DNA from: Candidatus Woesebacteria bacterium RIFCSPLOWO2_01_FULL_44_24b
GTDB lineage: Bacteria > Patescibacteriota > Microgenomatia > UBA8517
NCBI GenBank assembly: GCA_001793235.1
Contig: MGHM01000004.1
Location: 34,467 to 98,466, forward strand
Length of the DNA: 64,000 nucleotides
Direction: 5' to 3'
Below are positions 1 through 12,844 of the stretch, piece after piece. The notes beneath the pieces are model-generated. The model was not told where the DNA came from. It did not search any database and saw nothing but the letters and a program-made list of their open reading frames with translations. Position 1 is the first letter of the stretch. Every line of letters starts with the position of its first letter. Both the position numbers and the translations under genes were made by a program.

Positions 1-286
1 AAATTTCAGTGGGGTCCCCTGCCGTGCCCGCTCTAATGAACTAATTGCGCTCGCCTATAAAAAATACGGCAAAAAACTAGTAATAGTCGGTTGCGGAGGA
101 GTTTTTGATGCCCGGGATGCGTATGAAAAAATTAAACTCGGGGCATCCTTGGTGATGATGATAACCGGTATGATATATGAAGGTCCACAGCTTATTGGCA
201 GAATCAATAAGGATTTGGTCAGGCTCCTCCATGAAGACGGCTACAAAAATAACTCCGAAGCCGTAGGGGCATATAATCAAATTTGA
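1..286 (+). CDS. pyrD: dihydroorotate dehydrogenase, C-terminal fragment (5' end lies outside the window)
   Basis: Frame 2 translates without stops to ...KKLVIVGCGGVFDARDAYEKIKLGASLVMMITGMIYEGPQLIGRINKDL...EAVGAYNQI*, the typical class 2 DHODH C-terminus. The stop TGA is at 284-286. There is no start codon because the window cuts the gene. Confidence 0.7.
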   Translation, partial: NFSGVPCRARSNELIALAYKKYGKKLVIVGCGGVFDARDAYEKIKLGASLVMMITGMIYEGPQLIGRINKDLVRLLHEDGYKNNSEAVGAYNQI

Positions 287-324
287 GGGTTGCAAAATAC
301 CCGTCATTTGCTACATTTGTAGAT

Positions 325-579
325 ATGCCTAAGCCTCCCCCAGATAAAGTTCAAGAAGAAGTAGACGAACAGGAAGCTATAAATTATGGTACTGGTTATA
401 CTGAAGGAGACCATGAAGTGTTTGATAATACAAAGGAAATGGTCAAAGATGTAGCCGGAAATGAGCCTGAAGAAGGCAAGCCCTTCTCAATAGCAGAAGA
501 AATAGATAAAGATACTGAAGATGAAAAAGACCAGCCCCATTCAGATGACCCAGTAGAGGACAAGGATTCTGAAGAATAA
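325..579 (+). CDS. highly acidic low-complexity hypothetical protein (D/E-rich)
   Basis: ORF 283..579 with an ATG at 325 (MPKPPPDKVQEE...DKDSEE). The protein is extremely acidic and probably disordered, with no recognisable domain. Confidence 0.35.
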   Translation: MPKPPPDKVQEEVDEQEAINYGTGYTEGDHEVFDNTKEMVKDVAGNEPEEGKPFSIAEEIDKDTEDEKDQPHSDDPVEDKDSEE

Positions 580-611
580 CTTCAATTTTGGTATAATAGT
601 TTAGTTTTCTT

Positions 612-689
612 GGTGGCTGTAGCTCAGTTGGTTAGAGCGGTCGCTTGTGGAGCGACAGGTCGAGGGTTCGAGACCCTTCAGCCACCCCA
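612..689 (+). tRNA. tRNA-His (anticodon GTG) with encoded G-1 and CCA
   Basis: The sequence GGTGGCTGTAGCTCAGTTGGTTAGAGC...GTCGCTTGTGGAGCGAC...GGGTTCGAGACCC...CAGCCACCCCA forms a cloverleaf with anticodon loop TTGTGGA. The extra 5' G is typical of tRNA-His. Confidence 0.9.
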
Positions 690-837
690 AATTATTACAC
701 CCCAAGACCAAGTTAAAACCTTTGATATAATTAACATTATATCGATAATCCGCTTTAATGCTAAACTTATTAAAATCGGCTCGTGGACTATACTCCAGCT
801 GCCCAAAAGCGCAAGTGCGAAACTTCCATCACGAGGC

Positions 838-1254
838 ATGACAATGGTTAAGGGAACTGTAAATGGTTTACCTTTCCAATCTGTGCTCGAACCAGATGGC
901 CGTGGAAGCCATTGGTTCAGGGTAGACAAAACTTTGGGGCAGGCAGGAGACACAGTAAAGCTCGCAATTGAACCTTCAAATGAATGGACGAGACCAGAGG
1001 TGCCGGCGGACTTTAGGAAAGCTCTCTCGGGTGCGCCAAAGGCACACTCACTATGGATGGAAATCACGCCAAACGCTCAATGGGATTGGATTCGCTGGAT
1101 ACGCGCTGTCAAGCTTAAGGAAACTCGCCAAAAACATATTGAAGTTGCGCTATCTAAACTTAACAAAGGGATTAGAAGGCCGTGCTGTTTCAACCGTAAC
1201 CTCTGTTCCGAGCCCTATGTATCAAACAATTGGCTGCTCCGTTCGGTAGGTTAA
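838..1254 (+). CDS. DUF1905 / YdeI-like (bacteriocin-protection family) protein
   Basis: The track ORF 610..1254 starts inside tRNA-His, so it is trimmed to the ATG at 838 (MTMVKGTVNGLPFQSVLEPDGRGSHWFRVDK...ITPNAQWDWIRWIRAVKLKETRQKHIE). The pattern is characteristic of DUF1905 plus a YdeI C-terminal domain. Confidence 0.55.
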   Translation: MTMVKGTVNGLPFQSVLEPDGRGSHWFRVDKTLGQAGDTVKLAIEPSNEWTRPEVPADFRKALSGAPKAHSLWMEITPNAQWDWIRWIRAVKLKETRQKHIEVALSKLNKGIRRPCCFNRNLCSEPYVSNNWLLRSVG

Positions 1255-1258
1255 CCCA

Positions 1259-1780
1259 TTAAAATTCAGGAGGATTTGAAGAATTATAATAAAAGTCACA
1301 AAGGTCAATGTTTTCTACGGTCTCGCCGGCCATGACTGCAACTTCGATATGTTCACGGGCGTTTTCTGCGGCGCATGTAGTTTCCAAACCGGTTGGACAA
1401 GTTGTGGTGTGATAGCCATATAGAGGTTCACCATTTGGATCCGGCATGGCCTTGTAGCGAAGAATATAAGTACCTGTTAACACTCCAATTGAGTATGTTG
1501 CGCCCTCTCCACCTCCGGTTCCAAAATATTCTTCTGAAACTATAGCATTAGAAGTAATATTCTTGGCTTCAATTGCACCTGCCGGTAAGAATTCCGATGG
1601 ATAGCAAAGCTTGCCGGTAATTGTTCCATTTATCCCGGCAGAACCCGGTGAAGTTGCAGTAGGTGCGGCCGAAGCGGTTGGCTGAACAGGAGTTACACCT
1701 GTCGGCTTTTGGCTTGAGACAAGCAAAAGAGTAGTTAATAAAACGGCAAGGCCTATGATTATGATGGCAGCATATTTCAT
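1259..1780 (-). CDS. secreted hypothetical protein (signal peptide, Cys-containing)
   Basis: There is an N-terminal hydrophobic signal (MKYAAIIIIGLAVLLTTLLLVSS) followed by a Pro/Thr/Ala-rich linker. No known domain was recognised. Confidence 0.45.
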   Translation of the reverse strand: MKYAAIIIIGLAVLLTTLLLVSSQKPTGVTPVQPTASAAPTATSPGSAGINGTITGKLCYPSEFLPAGAIEAKNITSNAIVSEEYFGTGGGEGATYSIGVLTGTYILRYKAMPDPNGEPLYGYHTTTCPTGLETTCAAENAREHIEVAVMAGETVENIDLCDFYYNSSNPPEF

Positions 1781-1788
1781 GGCTTTTT

Positions 1789-4369
<2,581 letters not shown>

Positions 4370-4389
<20 letters not shown>

Positions 4390-5875
4390 TTGTGCCCCTT
4401 GTCTTTACAAAATTTTCTTTGAGTTTGTTCGCTTCGGCTAGAATCTCATTTTGATCTTCTTCTGAAAAATCTTCTTTTCTGGCAATATCCGTCAAAGTTT
4501 TCTTAAATTTATTTTTAATCTTATTCATGAGTTCCGCTCTAAACTCTGTAACCAGTTGAACTTCTATATCATCAAAAACACCCGAGTTTGCAAGAAATAT
4601 TGTTACTACCTGCTCGGCCATACCAATTGGGCTGTATTGCGGCTGTTTTAGGATCTCAACTACCCGCTTTCCTCGCTCGATTTTATCCTTTGTTGCGGCG
4701 TCTGTGTCTGCGGCAAACTGCGCAAATGTCGCAAGCTCCCAATACTGGGACAGTTCAAGCCTGAGTTTTCCTGCAACGCGCTTCATGGGTTTGCTTTGTG
4801 CGGCTCCACCGACACGCGAGACGGACAGGCCAACGTTAAGTGCAGGTTTCACGCCCGCAAAAAACAAATCAGGCTCCAGATAAATCTGGCCATCGGTTAT
4901 GGAAATAACATTTGTTGGAATATATGCGGAGACATCTCCCGCTTGAGTTTCAATGATAGGAAGGGCAGTCAAAGAACCGCCGCCGTTTTTCTTATTCAGT
5001 CTGCATGCGCGCTCCAAAAGCCTTGAGTGAAGGTAAAAGACATCTCCAGGGTATGCCTCACGGCCGGAAGGTCGCCTCAGGAGCAAAGACAACTCACGAT
5101 AACTCCATGCATGTTTTGTTAAGTCATCATAAACAATCAAGACGTCTTGCCCTTTTTCCATAAAATACTCGCCGATTGCAGTTCCCACATATGGCGCTAT
5201 GTAGCGAAGGCTGGCCGAGTCGGAGGCGGTGGCTGCAACAACAATTGTATTTTTCAGAGCATCGAATTCTTCAAACTTTTCAATAACCGCGGCAACTTTC
5301 CCCCGTTTTTGGCCAATTGCCACATAAATACTTATGACACTCTGGTCTTTCTGGTTAATTATCGTGTCCACCGCAAGTGCGCTTTTACCGGTCCCCCGGT
5401 CTCCAATAATAAGTTGGCGCTGGCCTCGGCCAATGGGAATCATGGCGTCCACCGCCAAGATCCCGGTAAGAAGAGATGTGTCAACCGATTGCCTGTCAAC
5501 AATCCCAGGGGCGGTTCTCTCAACCGGCATTAATTTGTCAACTTTATAATCCCCCTTGCCATCGAGATACTCGCCAAGCGGGTTTATGACCCGGCCAAGA
5601 AGATCTTTCCCGGCACCGATTTTCAAAGTGTCCCTTGTGAGGTTCACCATGTTTCCACGAGAAACTTCTTCGTAGCCGCCCAAAATAACCGCGCCGATTT
5701 TGTCTTCCTCAAGGTTCATGATAAGTGCCCTGCTTGCGCCTATACTAACAACTTCACCAAACATAGCCTCGGGCAGCCCCTTAATCCAAACCACACCATC
5801 CCCGGCCGCGCTAACTTCTCCCGCGGCTTCGTCATTTACCTTAGCATTCTTTATTTTTTGTGTAAGGCTTATCAC
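4370..5875 (-). CDS. atpA: F0F1 ATP synthase subunit alpha
   Basis: Contains the P-loop GDRGTGKSA plus typical alpha N-terminal and nucleotide-binding domains. Confidence 0.95.
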
Positions 5876-5877
5876 CG

Positions 5878-6366
5878 TTAACTCCTATGCACCTGGCTTG
5901 CGATTTGCGCAAGTTTAGATTCCAGTTTTTTGTCTGCTTTTTCGCCAAGCGCTTTTTCAATAACTACAAGTGAAGTTGCAAGAACATCCTTCTCGTAGTC
6001 TTTAACCAACTTAGTGCGCTCAGCCGCAATTTCACTCTTTGCCTTTTCAAGCAGTCTTTTGACATCATTCTGTACACTAGCAAGTGTTTCTTTCTTCAGT
6101 TTTGCAGCCTCAAGTCTACTTGCGCGCAGGTTTTGTGTTTTTTCCTCCTGCAGTTTTTTAAGCATCTGGGCGCGCTCTCTTTCAACACTTTCTTTTTGAG
6201 AGCTTATTTGGGCTGTAGCATCATCAATCCTTGCCAGATCAGCCTTTTTGGCATGAATTGCCTTTAAAACCGGCTTGTATAGATAACGATTCAATAAAAA
6301 TACCAAAATGCCAAAGTTCACTACCTGAAAAATCATCACTCTTGGGTCAATTCCTAGTTTTTCCAT
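5878..6366 (-). CDS. atpF: F0F1 ATP synthase subunit b (no delta gene follows)
   Basis: 162 aa with an N-terminal TM helix and then a long charged coiled coil. It is positioned between atpE and atpA. Confidence 0.8.
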   Translation of the reverse strand: MEKLGIDPRVMIFQVVNFGILVFLLNRYLYKPVLKAIHAKKADLARIDDATAQISSQKESVERERAQMLKKLQEEKTQNLRASRLEAAKLKKETLASVQNDVKRLLEKAKSEIAAERTKLVKDYEKDVLATSLVVIEKALGEKADKKLESKLAQIASQVHRS

Positions 6367-6380
6367 TTGTACCTCTCTAA

Positions 6381-7394
<1,014 letters not shown>

Positions 7395-7398
<4 letters not shown>

Positions 7399-7613
7399 TT
7401 TTTGATTCTTCTTCCTATTTTTTGCGCGCGCCAGATACCAATCGGTACACCCATAATTATACCAATAATTATAAAAAGCGGGGTAGTGGAAAGTGTTTTA
7501 TCAATAAACACTCCCACAATAAGCAAAACAACAGGTAAAGCTACAAGGGTAAAGGTGATACTTGTAGCTTCTTCAAATGCTCGCGCTAAATCTCGTATTT
7601 CTGTGCTTTTCAT
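7395..7613 (-). CDS. small membrane protein at head of atp operon (AtpI/AtpZ-like)
   Basis: 72 aa with two TM helices, overlapping the atpB start by 4 nt at the position usually held by atpI. The call rests on position and topology only. Confidence 0.4.
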
Positions 7614-7664
7614 AAATACCTGAAAGTAATTCGAAGTTATTAAGCTATTTTAAGTTAAACTAGC

Positions 7665-8114
7665 TTATATTTCAACCGGATTGATAGAGTTTGCTTTCCC
7701 ATCCTCGTCCAGTGTCGCAAAATAACCGAGTACCGTTACCTCCGGGTACTCATGTGTAATTATTTCTTTAATCTCAGAAATATCAGATGTGTGTTTTTCC
7801 AGCTCTGCTCGACTCCCAGACACTAAACTATTGCCGTACTTACCGCAATTTTGATGATTTATTATGTGCACTCCCTTTGTCCCGTGAAGTTTAATCGATA
7901 ATTTTATTTGAGAGAGTAACGCATCTCTGTCCCCTGCGGCACCGGCAACAGCAATTCTATCGTGGTCTCCGTACAAACTCCGCTCCTCTATCCAATCAGC
8001 AATCAGCTTCTGGAACCTAAAGTCCATACAGGTAGCAACTGCTGCACTTATTTCATGATTTTCTTTACTCACAGCGGATATTTTATACCCTTGAGAATAC
8101 AAAAAGCAACACAA
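7665..8114 (-). CDS. beta-class carbonic anhydrase-like protein (short form)
   Basis: The zinc-ligand motifs CxDxR (CMDFR) and HxxCG (HQNCG) occur with appropriate spacing. The track start is a TTG, so the real start is uncertain. Confidence 0.4.
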   Translation of the reverse strand: MCCFLYSQGYKISAVSKENHEISAAVATCMDFRFQKLIADWIEERSLYGDHDRIAVAGAAGDRDALLSQIKLSIKLHGTKGVHIINHQNCGKYGNSLVSGSRAELEKHTSDISEIKEIITHEYPEVTVLGYFATLDEDGKANSINPVEI

Positions 8115-8457
8115 AAGCCGGGATTAGTGCCAGATAAATAATAATTGCAGGTTTAGCAAAGTGGAGCCAATATAAACTCAGGTAATAATAAGGCTTATAT
8201 GAGTGCTTAATTAGTACAAGCGCTGGCAATTTCTTTAACAAAGCTGATGCAACTCTAAAAACGTAAATAATTATTAAAGATGCCCAAACAACTGAGGTAA
8301 CCAAACCAATATTTGAGCGGAGAAAACTCATTGTAATTAAGGCTGTAAAAATTAATTGTATAGTTTGAAGCGAAAATCCGGCTTTATTTTTGAAAAACGT
8401 GGAGTCAATAAATAAGTAGTTAATTATTATAAAAAGAACAATTAGGGCCGCTATCAT
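8083..8457 (-). CDS. hypothetical integral membrane protein
   Basis: 124 aa with 3-4 predicted TM helices. It overlaps both neighbouring genes. Confidence 0.3.
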   Translation of the reverse strand: MIAALIVLFIIINYLFIDSTFFKNKAGFSLQTIQLIFTALITMSFLRSNIGLVTSVVWASLIIIYVFRVASALLKKLPALVLIKHSYKPYYYLSLYWLHFAKPAIIIYLALIPAFVLLFVFSRV

Positions 8458-9332
8458 ATTAAACTACTAATAAAAACTTGAGCAAGCCAAACAAGAATAA
8501 CTATGTTAACAATCAGATGAACCTGAAGTTGAATTTTTCCACTGATGTCGATAGCTGCAATACCGCTTGTGTCGGTTTTCATTTTCAGAGAAAAAACTAA
8601 AGGCATTGCAACAAGCACAGGAAAAATTAACCACACAGGAAAGGTTTTGTAATAAATTGCCGTCAAAAAGGCAACGGCCCCAAACACAATAGAAATATTT
8701 TTAAGCCACTCTGCCCTTTTTTTACCAACCAAAAGCGTAGTATTTTTGAGCCCGGCTTTGGCATCAGCCATATAATCTCTTAATTGATTGTACAATTGAC
8801 CGTAAATTGAAAAGAGAATTACGCCTGCAGTCAAAATCCAAATCTCTTTTACCTCATAGCTGAAAGCGGTAAAACCCGAAACAAGAAGAAGCCCGGAAAG
8901 CATCAAAGAATGGGAAACGATATCGGTAACCGGGTAAGCTTTAAGGCGAACTTTGCGCCAGGAATATAGGTGCGACAAGAGAAGTGTAGTTAAGCCTACT
9001 CCAAAAGTAATTTTATTGGTGAGAGCAAATAGAAATAGGGCTACTAAAGCAAGGGCTCTGGCCACTGTGTATGCTTGGTCTCGGCTTATGCGACCCGCAG
9101 AAATGGGGTTTCGTTTTGCCTTTTTGGCATCTATTGCATCATCCTCCGCGTCTTCAATGTCATTTACCATGAAGGCATAGCTCACTGTTGCCATGTTGGC
9201 GAGGACAACAAAAATTAACTTGCTATCGAGTACCGCGCCATTGGCAGAGGCAATAATGGCGCCAAGGACGGTTAAGGGAACGGTAAAGGGCAAATGCTCC
9301 CGCCAGCGCGTAAGCTGCCTGAAAGACTTCAT
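8454..9332 (-). CDS. UbiA-family prenyltransferase
   Basis: Polytopic membrane protein with an Asp-rich NDIEDAEDD motif (NDxxDxxxD) and a second D-rich loop (YNQLRDYMADAKAG). Confidence 0.65.
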   Translation of the reverse strand: MKSFRQLTRWREHLPFTVPLTVLGAIIASANGAVLDSKLIFVVLANMATVSYAFMVNDIEDAEDDAIDAKKAKRNPISAGRISRDQAYTVARALALVALFLFALTNKITFGVGLTTLLLSHLYSWRKVRLKAYPVTDIVSHSLMLSGLLLVSGFTAFSYEVKEIWILTAGVILFSIYGQLYNQLRDYMADAKAGLKNTTLLVGKKRAEWLKNISIVFGAVAFLTAIYYKTFPVWLIFPVLVAMPLVFSLKMKTDTSGIAAIDISGKIQLQVHLIVNIVILVWLAQVFISSLI

Positions 9333-9338
9333 GGTCTA

Positions 9339-9845
9339 TTATGGAGTGTTAAAATCCAAAAGGTCAACCTTACCATTTTCAATAATCATCAAGGTTCCTG
9401 TTTTGGGGTAATCCATCAGGTTTTGCTCTTCATACTTACCTGTAGTCAAAAGATACTTAAGCGCAGAAATGACTGCTCCATGAGTGCAGATCAAATATGT
9501 TAGGTCTTCTTTTGACTCAAGCTCAGCTACAAGCTTTTTCATGCGAAGCTTAAACCCGGCAAAAGAATTATCCATATATTCAATAAGGAGCGGGTATTTC
9601 TCAAATTTCTTCCCTGTAATACCCGAGACAATATCTGAAGTTTGAACACATCTTAGAAGCTCGGAGGTGAGGTTCCGGTTCGTTTGCACATTTTTTAAGT
9701 ACTCCCCCAGTTTTTTTATTGCAGGAATTCCTTCGGGGAGAATTTTTCTGACATATTCTTTGTCGCCATAGTCAACGTCATTTTTGCTGTTTATAGTTTC
9801 GCCGTGGCGGAAGATGTAGTAGTTATTCCTCAATGATGTCAACAA
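9339..9845 (-). CDS. histidine phosphatase (phosphoglycerate mutase-like) family protein
   Basis: The N-terminal RHGET catalytic motif (YIFRHGETINS) and a later conserved His (LICTHGAVI) are present. Confidence 0.6.
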   Translation of the reverse strand: MLTSLRNNYYIFRHGETINSKNDVDYGDKEYVRKILPEGIPAIKKLGEYLKNVQTNRNLTSELLRCVQTSDIVSGITGKKFEKYPLLIEYMDNSFAGFKLRMKKLVAELESKEDLTYLICTHGAVISALKYLLTTGKYEEQNLMDYPKTGTLMIIENGKVDLLDFNTP

Positions 9846-10488
9846 AATTAATTTTTACGGGATTGACGGGTTTGGACTTCTCTCCACCCACACTTACTGT
9901 GGTTTCAGCTGTTGCGATTTTATCAATCACCTCCAAGCCTTCGGTGGCTTTACCAAAAATAATGTAATTTTTGGGCAAAGGGTAGTCAGCATGCATAAGA
10001 AAAAACTGACTACCATTGGTATTGGGGCCTGAGTTTGCCATGGCAATGGTCCCGCGAGTGTACTCACCCGTGAACGGTTCATCGTCAAAGCGATATCCCG
10101 GGCTCCCGTCTCCGTTGCCCGTCGGGTCCCCACCTTGAATCATGAAGCCATCAATCACTCTATGAAAAATTGTGTTGGCATAAAAATTGTTTCTTGCAAG
10201 ATAAACAAAATTATTCACCGTAATTGGTGTCGTCAAGGCATTTAATTCAACGGTAATATCACCCTCGGTTGTGTGCAGCACAGCTTTATATTTTTTCGCC
10301 GTGTCGATTGTCATTTCAGGCTTTTGCAAGCTTGTTTCGCTATTCATATTTGTTTCTAGCTCCGCAGTCGGCTGTGGAGTTGGCTCTGCCGGCTTCCCGG
10401 CCTCTTCTTTAGGCTTTTGCCTAAACATCGTAAAAGCCACCAGAACAACAACTCCTACCGCGACTAGTGCATATATCATTCTATTCAT
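9823..10488 (-). CDS. ppiB: peptidyl-prolyl cis-trans isomerase, cyclophilin type, membrane-anchored or secreted
   Basis: Contains the cyclophilin core FHRVIDGFMIQGGDPTGNGDGSPGY...GTIAMANSGPNTNGSQFF and an N-terminal TM/signal segment. Confidence 0.85.
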   Translation of the reverse strand: MNRMIYALVAVGVVVLVAFTMFRQKPKEEAGKPAEPTPQPTAELETNMNSETSLQKPEMTIDTAKKYKAVLHTTEGDITVELNALTTPITVNNFVYLARNNFYANTIFHRVIDGFMIQGGDPTGNGDGSPGYRFDDEPFTGEYTRGTIAMANSGPNTNGSQFFLMHADYPLPKNYIIFGKATEGLEVIDKIATAETTVSVGGEKSKPVNPVKINFVDIIEE

Positions 10489-10506
10489 ATTAACATTAAT
10501 TACTTA

Positions 10507-11829
10507 TTATTTTCTTGTTATTGTATAGCTTACGGGATGATATAAAAACACCGCAGGAGCATCTTCCAACAAAAATCTTTGGAAGTCAAGATAAATTTTC
10601 TTTCTCTCCTCATGATTAAGCTCAACCCTTCCATCTTCAAGAAGTTTATCGTTTCTGGGATTTGAATATTTAGCAACATTAGTACTCGTTTGAGTGGTGT
10701 GCCAAACTGCATACTGGTCGGGGTCGCGTGGAACGTCGTAAATAGCTAAAAAAGCGTCGTACTGCTCGGGCAAAATAGAAGTTACGTGCAAGTCAGTCTT
10801 GACTTCAAGCTCATTCCAAAAGTTAACTATTTTTTCGGCTATAGGCAAAAGCGTCGGGCTAGTACTCAGGTTTATTTTAAGCTCGCCATTGAGCTCCTCG
10901 ATAAGCTCCTTGGCGCGCTCAAGATCATAAGAATAATCTTTGATGAGGGGATTATATGCCCAGGATTCGGGCGATATCGGGCCAAGGGCGCGCGGGCCGC
11001 CGAAGGAGTCTTTATCAATTGCGTAGCTTAAAGCTTGCCGCAAGGGCTTATTTTCCGGTCCCTTAAAGACCTGGCTCTCGTTATTAAAAAACACTGCCAC
11101 TATGCGGTCTTTCCTAACGGTACTTTCAACCTCCGAATTACTCCATGAATCAAAAGGTTTTGGGTCCAAGGCATCAACGATTGAATCAATTTGCCCCAAC
11201 TGATAGGCAATTTTCGTTCCGTCTTCCGAAGGATAGAACCTTATAATCTTTTTTTCTCCCGAGCCGTTTGCGAGCACAAGCTCCTCAACGAAAGTCCCGT
11301 TAAGATACAAATTGACCACTTTCCACTCGCCTGTCCCAAGTAAGCCTTTTTTGAAAGTAGGCCTTGAGACTATTGTGGGAAAAGGCGAGAACGGTGAGCT
11401 TAACTTAAACTTAATAGTATAGGCATCCGGACGCTCAATTGTTGTGTCTTCAAAAGAATATTGAATGGAATTGGCTGTTACCTCAGAGCCATCGTGCCAA
11501 ACCAGCCCTTTTTTAAGATAAAAGGTCCACTCTCGCCCGTTCCCCACCACCTCCCATTTTTCGGCTAGCGCGGGTACTACCACACCGTTCGTCTCTGTTT
11601 TAGTAAGACCTTCGCCCAACATTGAAAGAACCGAAAGCGGAAGTTCCTGTGTATTGTATCTGCCTGTAATGCCGATATATTCGGTTTTATTCACCAATAG
11701 CCGTGGCAGCATAAAACTGGCAAGCGAAAAAAACAAGAGTCCGAACACGATCCCCACAAAAAGAATTACTCTAAACCTTATCAAAAAAGCGGATAGGAAT
11801 CGAAACCAATAGCGAAGACGGGTTTGCAT
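10507..11829 (-). CDS. ABC transporter substrate-binding protein, family 5 (peptide/nickel type), orphan
   Basis: N-terminal TM anchor followed by ...AEKWEVVGNGREWTFYLKKGLVWHDGSEVTANSIQYSF..., typical of SBP_bac_5. No permease or ATPase genes are adjacent. Confidence 0.6.
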   Translation of the reverse strand: MQTRLRYWFRFLSAFLIRFRVILFVGIVFGLLFFSLASFMLPRLLVNKTEYIGITGRYNTQELPLSVLSMLGEGLTKTETNGVVVPALAEKWEVVGNGREWTFYLKKGLVWHDGSEVTANSIQYSFEDTTIERPDAYTIKFKLSSPFSPFPTIVSRPTFKKGLLGTGEWKVVNLYLNGTFVEELVLANGSGEKKIIRFYPSEDGTKIAYQLGQIDSIVDALDPKPFDSWSNSEVESTVRKDRIVAVFFNNESQVFKGPENKPLRQALSYAIDKDSFGGPRALGPISPESWAYNPLIKDYSYDLERAKELIEELNGELKINLSTSPTLLPIAEKIVNFWNELEVKTDLHVTSILPEQYDAFLAIYDVPRDPDQYAVWHTTQTSTNVAKYSNPRNDKLLEDGRVELNHEERKKIYLDFQRFLLEDAPAVFLYHPVSYTITRK

Positions 11830-11836
11830 AAAGCTT

Positions 11837-12049
11837 TCAAAAAATCAGCGATGCAAGCGAAACCGATATGAACAGAAAGGTGAGAACAAAAGTAAATTTA
11901 AAAATCACTCCTTCCAAGCCGCGCCTGGTTGAGCTTATGGACAAGCCACCCCAAACTCTGCCAAACCCGGTCCCTTTAACTTGAAGAAGGACTACTATAA
12001 CCAACAGAACAGATATTACGATTTGAAAAACAAGAAGTATCGCCATCAG
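11837..12049 (-). CDS. secG: preprotein translocase subunit SecG
   Basis: Contains VLLQVKGTGFG...RRGLE with two TM helices. The track ORF 11837..12106 is trimmed to an internal Met to avoid overlap. Confidence 0.55.
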   Translation of the reverse strand: MMAILLVFQIVISVLLVIVVLLQVKGTGFGRVWGGLSISSTRRGLEGVIFKFTFVLTFLFISVSLASLIF

Positions 12050-12066
12050 GGTATTATATAACACCG

Positions 12067-12471
12067 CTATTTGCGAATCCAATTTATAAGCGCGGTAAAG
12101 AACCAAATAAGTATTGAGAAAGCCAAATATGCCCAGGCTCCCCGCTCAAAATCGATGGCAGGGAAATCGAAAAATGTTGTACTAAAGCCCGAAAAATGAA
12201 AGCCCGTTACTTCAAACTCGGAGAGGGCCACGTCCACTATAAACAACGTAAGTGTATGGCCAACAATTCTAAACAGTCCAAGGGTAGCCAGATTTAGGGG
12301 TAGAAGAAGAATATTAATCAGAGGGCGAACGGAAAACATGGCAACCCCAAGCACAATTCCCGTAATGATAAAGCCTTCTGCCTGGTTTTGGAAAGTGAGC
12401 CCGCCGGCAACTTGCGCCGCAATATAAAGCCCTGCCAGCTCAACTAAAATTACCCTTAAAATTCTCTTCAT
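12067..12471 (-). CDS. 4-TM membrane protein (DUF360 / phage-holin-4-like family)
   Basis: 134 aa with four hydrophobic helices. Called from family resemblance only. Confidence 0.35.
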   Translation of the reverse strand: MKRILRVILVELAGLYIAAQVAGGLTFQNQAEGFIITGIVLGVAMFSVRPLINILLLPLNLATLGLFRIVGHTLTLFIVDVALSEFEVTGFHFSGFSTTFFDFPAIDFERGAWAYLAFSILIWFFTALINWIRK

Positions 12472-12532
12472 AGTTCATTATAACTATAACGACTGCAATA
12501 TTAAAATCAACAAAAGTGTTAAAATACTCTAT

Positions 12533-12844
12533 ATGAAAAGTATGGCAGACCAGAAAGCATCCAGATGGAAGCACCCTGGTGGAAAATTAAGGCGTATGGG
12601 CCCTTCTGCACTCTCAGAGAGAGAATTGCTGGCAATAATCCTGGGATCTGGTACAAACGGCAAATCGGCTCTTAAAATTTCAGATGAGATACTGGATACA
12701 TATGCTAACTTACGAGGGCTTATGGGAGTGCCTCTCAAAGAGTTAATGAAAATTAAAGGCCTAAAGGAAGTTAAAGCAACCAAAATTGCCGCCATGTACG
12801 AAGCTAGCAGAAGAATATTAAAACACATCGAAAATGACACCTGA
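12533..12844 (+). CDS. radC: RadC N-terminal (HhH) domain only. Truncated radC lacking the JAB/MPN domain (possible pseudogene)
   Basis: ...LSERELLAIILGSGTNGKSALKISDEILDTYANLRGLMGVPLKELMKIKGLKEVKATKIAAMYEASRR matches the RadC/UPF0758 N-terminal helix-hairpin-helix. The ORF stops at 12844, 11 nt into the methyltransferase gene. No JAMM motif (HxHx7Sx2D) follows in any frame. Confidence 0.55.
   Translation: MKSMADQKASRWKHPGGKLRRMGPSALSERELLAIILGSGTNGKSALKISDEILDTYANLRGLMGVPLKELMKIKGLKEVKATKIAAMYEASRRILKHIENDT

Noticed and set aside
610-1254. Long 214-aa track ORF beginning at 610
   Set aside because: Its first 80 nt are the tRNA-His gene. The protein-coding part with domain similarity begins at the ATG at 838, so the ORF was trimmed rather than reported whole.
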